A DNA stretch of 32,000 bases, taken from assembly GCF_000023205.1 (NCBI RefSeq), contig NC_012803.1, forward strand, positions 570,001 to 602,000, written 5' to 3'. The first letter of the stretch is position 1. Each line of letters starts with the position of its first letter. Shown here one piece after another: positions 28,266 through 32,000 of this stretch. A program made the position numbers and the translations under genes. The DNA comes from Micrococcus luteus NCTC 2665 (lineage in GTDB: Bacteria; Actinomycetota; Actinomycetes; Actinomycetales; Micrococcaceae). The notes beneath the pieces are model-generated. The model did no database searches. It worked only from the letters and a program-made list of their open reading frames with translations, and was not told where the DNA came from.

Positions 28266-28277
28266 CCCCGCGCGCCC
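28223..28277. repeat. 55-bp direct repeat, copy 2
   Basis: See 26553-26607. Confidence 0.9.
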
Positions 28278-28381
28278 TAGGATGGGTGCGAGGACCGGGC
28301 CCCTCAGGCGGCCCGCTGGACGTCGGCCGCGCGCCGCCGCCGGGCATGGAACGTGCAACCACGAAGGATGATGAGGACGTC

Positions 28382-29362
28382 ATGACGGAGCTGAGCCGCA
28401 GCGAGGACAAGCGACTGGTGCTGGCCACGGGCCGCGCCCACCCCGAGCTCGCGCAGGAGATCGCGGAGGAGCTCGGCACCGAGCTGCTGCCCATGAGCGC
28501 CTACGACTTCGCCAACGGCGAGATCTACGTGCGCTCGGGCGAGTCGGTGCGCGGCAAGGACGTGTTCATCATCCAGTCCCACCCCGCGCCGCTGAACAAC
28601 CACCTGATGGAGCAGCTGATCATGGTGGACTCCATGAAGCGCGCCTCCGCCCGCCGCATCACGGTGGTCTCCCCGTTCTACCCGTACGCCCGCCAGGACA
28701 AGAAGGGCCGCGGCCGCGAGCCGATCTCGGCCCGTCTGGTGGCGGACCTGTACAAGACCGCCGGCGCCTCCCGCGTGATGAGCGTGGACCTGCACACCGC
28801 GCAGATCCAGGGCTTCTTCGACGGCCCGGTGGACCACCTCTTCGCCATCCCGCTGCTCGCGGACTACATCCGCACCCGCGTGGAGGGCGAGGAGGTCACC
28901 GTGGTCTCCCCGGACACCGGCCGCGTGCGCGTGGCGGAGCAGTGGGCGGACCGCCTCGGCGGCGTGCCCCTGGGCTTCGTGCACAAGAGCCGCGACCTCA
29001 CGGTCCCGAACAAGGCGGAGTCGAAGACCGTGGTGGGCGACGTCGAGGGCCGCGTGTGCGTGCTGATCGACGACATGATCGACACCGGCGGCACGATCGC
29101 CGGCGCCGTGCGCATCCTGAAGGACGCCGGCGCCAAGGACGTCATCATCGCCGCCACCCACGCGGTGTTCTCCGAGCCCGCCGCCCAGCGCCTGAGCGAC
29201 TGCGGCGCCCGCGAGGTCGTGGTGACCAACACGCTGCCCATCCCCGAGGAGAAGCGGTTCGAGTCCCTCACCGTGCTCTCCATCGCTCCGCTGATCGCCC
29301 GCGCGATCCGCGAGGTGTTCGAGGACGGCTCCGTCACCAGCCTGTTCGACGGCGACGCCTGA
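28382..29362 (+). CDS. prs: Ribose-phosphate diphosphokinase (PRPP synthetase)
   Basis: FANGEIYVR, VVSPFYPYARQDKK, VDLHTAQIQGFF, VLIDDMIDTGGTI (PRPP-binding loop). GAGGA lies 6 nt before the ATG at 28382. Confidence 0.92.
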   Translation: MTELSRSEDKRLVLATGRAHPELAQEIAEELGTELLPMSAYDFANGEIYVRSGESVRGKDVFIIQSHPAPLNNHLMEQLIMVDSMKRASARRITVVSPFYPYARQDKKGRGREPISARLVADLYKTAGASRVMSVDLHTAQIQGFFDGPVDHLFAIPLLADYIRTRVEGEEVTVVSPDTGRVRVAEQWADRLGGVPLGFVHKSRDLTVPNKAESKTVVGDVEGRVCVLIDDMIDTGGTIAGAVRILKDAGAKDVIIAATHAVFSEPAAQRLSDCGAREVVVTNTLPIPEEKRFESLTVLSIAPLIARAIREVFEDGSVTSLFDGDA

Positions 29363-29364
29363 GC

Positions 29365-30117
29365 ATGGCCGAGCGCGTGGAGCCGGTCCGCGGGGACGAG
29401 GCCGACGGCGGGGCCACGGCCGCGCCGGAGCGGCGCGGCCCACGCCTGCCGTTCTGGGCCTCCCTGCTGCTGAACGTGGTGGTGGCCCTCGCGGTCGTCG
29501 CCGTGGTGCAGGCCCTGTGGGTGAAGGTGTACTCGGTGCCGTCCGGCTCGATGGAGAACACCCTCGAGGTGGGGGACCGCATGCTGGTCAACCGCACCGC
29601 CTACCCGGACGGGATGGCCGACTCCCAGGACGTGGTGGTCTTCACGGCCAACGAGGACTGGGCGCACCCCATGCCACCGGAGGGGGCCGTGGAGAACGCC
29701 GTCCGCACGTTCGGCGACCTCACCGGCATCGGCCGCTCGCACGAGCAGGCGCTGGTCAAGCGCGTGGTCGGCACCGCGGGGCAGACCGTGGAGTGCTGCA
29801 CCGCCGAGGGCGCCGTGACGGTGGACGGGGAGCCCCTGGACGAGCCATACATCCACAACGATCTGCCATTCATCCGGGACGAGCTGGACTGCGAGTCCGA
29901 GGTGATGTCCGCGCGCTGCTTCGGCCCGGTCACCGTGCCGGAGGACTCGATGCTCGTGCTCGGCGACCACCGCTCGAACTCGGCCGACTCCGTGATCGCG
30001 TGCCGCGGCATCCCCGCCGACCAGGCCGGGGACTGCGCGCGCTTCGTCACCCGCGAGGACATCGTGGGTGAGGTCTTCGTGACCGTCTGGCCGCCCACGC
30101 ACTGGGGCGGGCACTGA
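29365..30117 (+). CDS. lepB: Signal peptidase I (S26 family), Cys-rich paralogue
   Basis: TM anchor LLLNVVVALAVVAVV, catalytic Ser box VPSGSMENTL, Lys box LVKRVVG, and box E GDHRSNSADS. It starts 2 nt after the prs stop. Confidence 0.8.
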   Translation: MAERVEPVRGDEADGGATAAPERRGPRLPFWASLLLNVVVALAVVAVVQALWVKVYSVPSGSMENTLEVGDRMLVNRTAYPDGMADSQDVVVFTANEDWAHPMPPEGAVENAVRTFGDLTGIGRSHEQALVKRVVGTAGQTVECCTAEGAVTVDGEPLDEPYIHNDLPFIRDELDCESEVMSARCFGPVTVPEDSMLVLGDHRSNSADSVIACRGIPADQAGDCARFVTREDIVGEVFVTVWPPTHWGGH

Positions 30118-30163
30118 TCTCCTGAGGCGCGGGGCCTCCTGGGCGACGGCGGACCGTGCCGGC

Positions 30164-31303
30164 TCAGCCGGTCGTGGCCAGTTCCGCGGTGACCAGGGCG
30201 TCCATCGCCTCCCGCACCCGGGCCTCGGCGTCCTCGGGCACGGGCCCTTCGGCGCGGAGACGGCCCACCACGTCGGCGGCCGTCCGCGGCTCGTCCAGCA
30301 GGAGCCAGACGGAGGGGCCCAGACCTTCGAGCACGACCAGGCGGTCCGAGGCGAGCAGGACCAGGCGGCCGTCATCGAGCTGGATTCCGCACTCCGCACC
30401 GTGGCGCCGGACGGTTGCGCCGTCACCGCCCGGTGTCCCGGCGGTGGAGACTGTCCTCGGGCTGGCGGAGAGCTCCGGGTCATTGAGAGGCGTCCATGAC
30501 GGGCTCATCGGTGCGGGCTGCTGCGCGAGCAGCCCGTCTATCACGGGACGCAGGTCAGAGGCCTCCGAGTAGACGAGCCGGAGGGCGCCGCCCAGCCTGT
30601 CGAGCGTCCGGCACAGGGCGACCAGTCCACGCGGAAGATGGGCGACGGAGGACGTCTGGGGCACGAGGAGGGTCAACGCCTCCAGCAGGGGCATCGGCTC
30701 GGCACGCGCCGTCACGCGCTCGCCCGGCTCCCGGACACGCTCCAGCACGCAGATGCGCTGCAGCGTCGCCTCCGGGGCTTGACCGAGCCCTATCTCGTCC
30801 GGACTCACCTGATGCTTCGGACGGCTTCCAGACGGACTGAGCACGGAGAGCGGCTTGGGGTAGGGGGTGACGGCGAGATCCCCGGGGTGGACGATCGCCG
30901 TCTCGTCTGAGAGGTAGCCGTAGTGGGGTCCCAGGGTCCGAGTCGCCGTGGTCTTCCCCGTCCCCGACGCCGCGACCAGGACGACGGCGGCACCGGTCTC
31001 AAGGTCAGCCAGGCAGGCCGCATGGAACATCAGGTGGCTCCCGCGCCCCGCCTCGATGGCGTGGCGCGTGGCCCGGTGGACCAATTCCTCGTGGAACTGG
31101 TCCCACGACAGCGAGGCCAGACTCACACGGTCCACGTCCCCCCGTGAGGCCTCGCACGGTGTCGGGGTGCACCGTGACCACGCGCGGACGATGGCGGCAG
31201 ACTCGACCTCGTCGAGCGACGAGACGAGCAGGGACCCGGCCCCGGTCTCGATCGACCAGGTGGACGTGTCCCGGTGCTGGCAGTCGGTGGGATGCGCGGG
31301 CAT
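30164..31303 (-). CDS. Fusion protein: HPr-kinase-like P-loop domain plus C-terminal PqqD/RRE-like domain
   Basis: MFHAACLADLETGAAVVLVAASGTGKTTATRTLGPHYGYLSDETAIV has the HprK C-domain-like core. The C-terminus IQLDDGRLVLLASDRLVVLEGLGPSVWLLLDEPRTAADVVGRLRAEG...EARVREAMDALVTAELA has a PqqD-like pattern. The ATG at 31303 is preceded by GAGGAG. The track ORF extends to 31531, but that part has poor codon usage. Confidence 0.65.
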   Translation of the reverse strand: MPAHPTDCQHRDTSTWSIETGAGSLLVSSLDEVESAAIVRAWSRCTPTPCEASRGDVDRVSLASLSWDQFHEELVHRATRHAIEAGRGSHLMFHAACLADLETGAAVVLVAASGTGKTTATRTLGPHYGYLSDETAIVHPGDLAVTPYPKPLSVLSPSGSRPKHQVSPDEIGLGQAPEATLQRICVLERVREPGERVTARAEPMPLLEALTLLVPQTSSVAHLPRGLVALCRTLDRLGGALRLVYSEASDLRPVIDGLLAQQPAPMSPSWTPLNDPELSASPRTVSTAGTPGGDGATVRRHGAECGIQLDDGRLVLLASDRLVVLEGLGPSVWLLLDEPRTAADVVGRLRAEGPVPEDAEARVREAMDALVTAELATTG

Positions 31304-31581
31304 GGGGCTCCTCTGACGGGGGCAAGGCACTGAGGCAACTCTAGGGCGTGCGGCGCCGGCCCGCTGGGCCTGTGCGCTCGGCAGAGGGCGCTCCCGCGGT
31401 GACGAGGACGGCGGTGGTATCCTTGACGGGTTGCCCAGGCGAGGGAGCGCGCGCTCCGTGATCGACGAGGCCGCCGCCTGCGCGTCAGCATGCTGACCCG
31501 CTGCGGCACTGAAGCCCCCTCCTGGCCGCATCCCGCGCCGCCCCCGGCTGCGCGGCCGAGACCCCCACAGGAGGACGCATC

Positions 31582-32000
31582 ATGTCTGACCAGCTCAAGA
31601 TCAAGGTCACCCGCCGCACCGACTTCGGCAAGGGCGCCGCCCGCCAGGCCCGCCGCGCCGGCCTGATCCCCGCCGTCGTCTACGGCCACGGCCAGGAGCC
31701 CGTGCACCTGCTGCTGCCGGCCCAGGAGACCACCCTGGCCGTCCGCAACCCCAACGCCCTGCTCACCGTTGTGAACGAGGCCGGCGAGGAGCACCTGGTC
31801 CTGCCCAAGGACATCCAGCGCCACGCCATCAAGGACACCGTGGACCACCTGGACCTCATCGAGGTCCGCCGCGGCGAGAAGGTCGTCGTCGAGGTCACCG
31901 TGCAGGTCGAGGGCGAGGTCGCCCCCGGCACCGAGTACGTGCTGGACTACGTCACCGTGCCGGTCGAGGCCGACGCCACCGACCTGCCCGAGGCCGTCAC
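31582..32000 (+). CDS. rplY: 50S ribosomal protein L25/general stress protein Ctc, 3' end outside the window
   Basis: Own translation; absent from the track because there is no stop in the window. MSDQLKIKVTRRTDFGKGAARQARRAGLIPAVVYGHGQEPVHLLLP...LPKDIQRHAIKDTVDHLDLIEV. AGGAGG lies 7 nt upstream. Confidence 0.88.
   Translation, partial: MSDQLKIKVTRRTDFGKGAARQARRAGLIPAVVYGHGQEPVHLLLPAQETTLAVRNPNALLTVVNEAGEEHLVLPKDIQRHAIKDTVDHLDLIEVRRGEKVVVEVTVQVEGEVAPGTEYVLDYVTVPVEADATDLPEAV

Noticed and set aside
31304-31531. 76-codon N-terminal extension of the HprK-PqqD ORF (track start 31531)
   Set aside because: The extension is a Pro/Ser/Ala/Arg low-complexity sequence with rare codons (AGG, ATA, AGA, GTT, TCA) and clearly lower third-position GC. 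A strong GAGGAG site precedes the ATG at 31303.

Overview
By eye this is a very GC-rich actinobacterial chromosome segment; third codon positions are almost always G or C. Gene content and order look Micrococcales-like, but that assignment is inference only. Most of the window is conserved housekeeping backbone. It contains an LCP gene with purE and purK, a GtrA-like gene, whiB, a DUF3499 gene, ahcY, fadD, pmt, rsmI, gabD, tatD, rsmA, ispE, an ABC-F gene, tRNA-Gln, glmU, prs, lepB and rplY. This gene set resembles the mycobacterial tatD-ksgA-ispE and glmU-prsA-rplY neighbourhoods. Four accessory items interrupt the backbone. (1) An IS481-family element (6580-7696) has a GCTAGG target duplication and sits 15 bp upstream of the ahcY start codon, inside its putative -10 box. 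(2) An IS256-family element (22275-23698) has a 9-bp duplication and splits a polyprenyl glycosylphosphotransferase gene exactly in frame. (3) A 1.67-kb AbiE-type (AbiEi antitoxin plus AbiEii/DUF1814 nucleotidyltransferase toxin) islet lies between glmU and prs. It is bracketed by 55-bp direct repeats of the glmU 3' end and carries a perfect 17-bp-arm palindrome in its promoter region. (4) An orphan gene (30164-31303, minus strand) fuses an HPr-kinase-like P-loop domain to a PqqD/RRE-like peptide-binding domain, with no other RiPP machinery nearby. Items 3 and 4 are the best candidates for something not fully described. No CRISPR array, rRNA gene, integrase or prophage gene was seen. Many long ORFs in the supplied track are Arg/Gly/Pro-rich shadow frames of real genes and were discarded.
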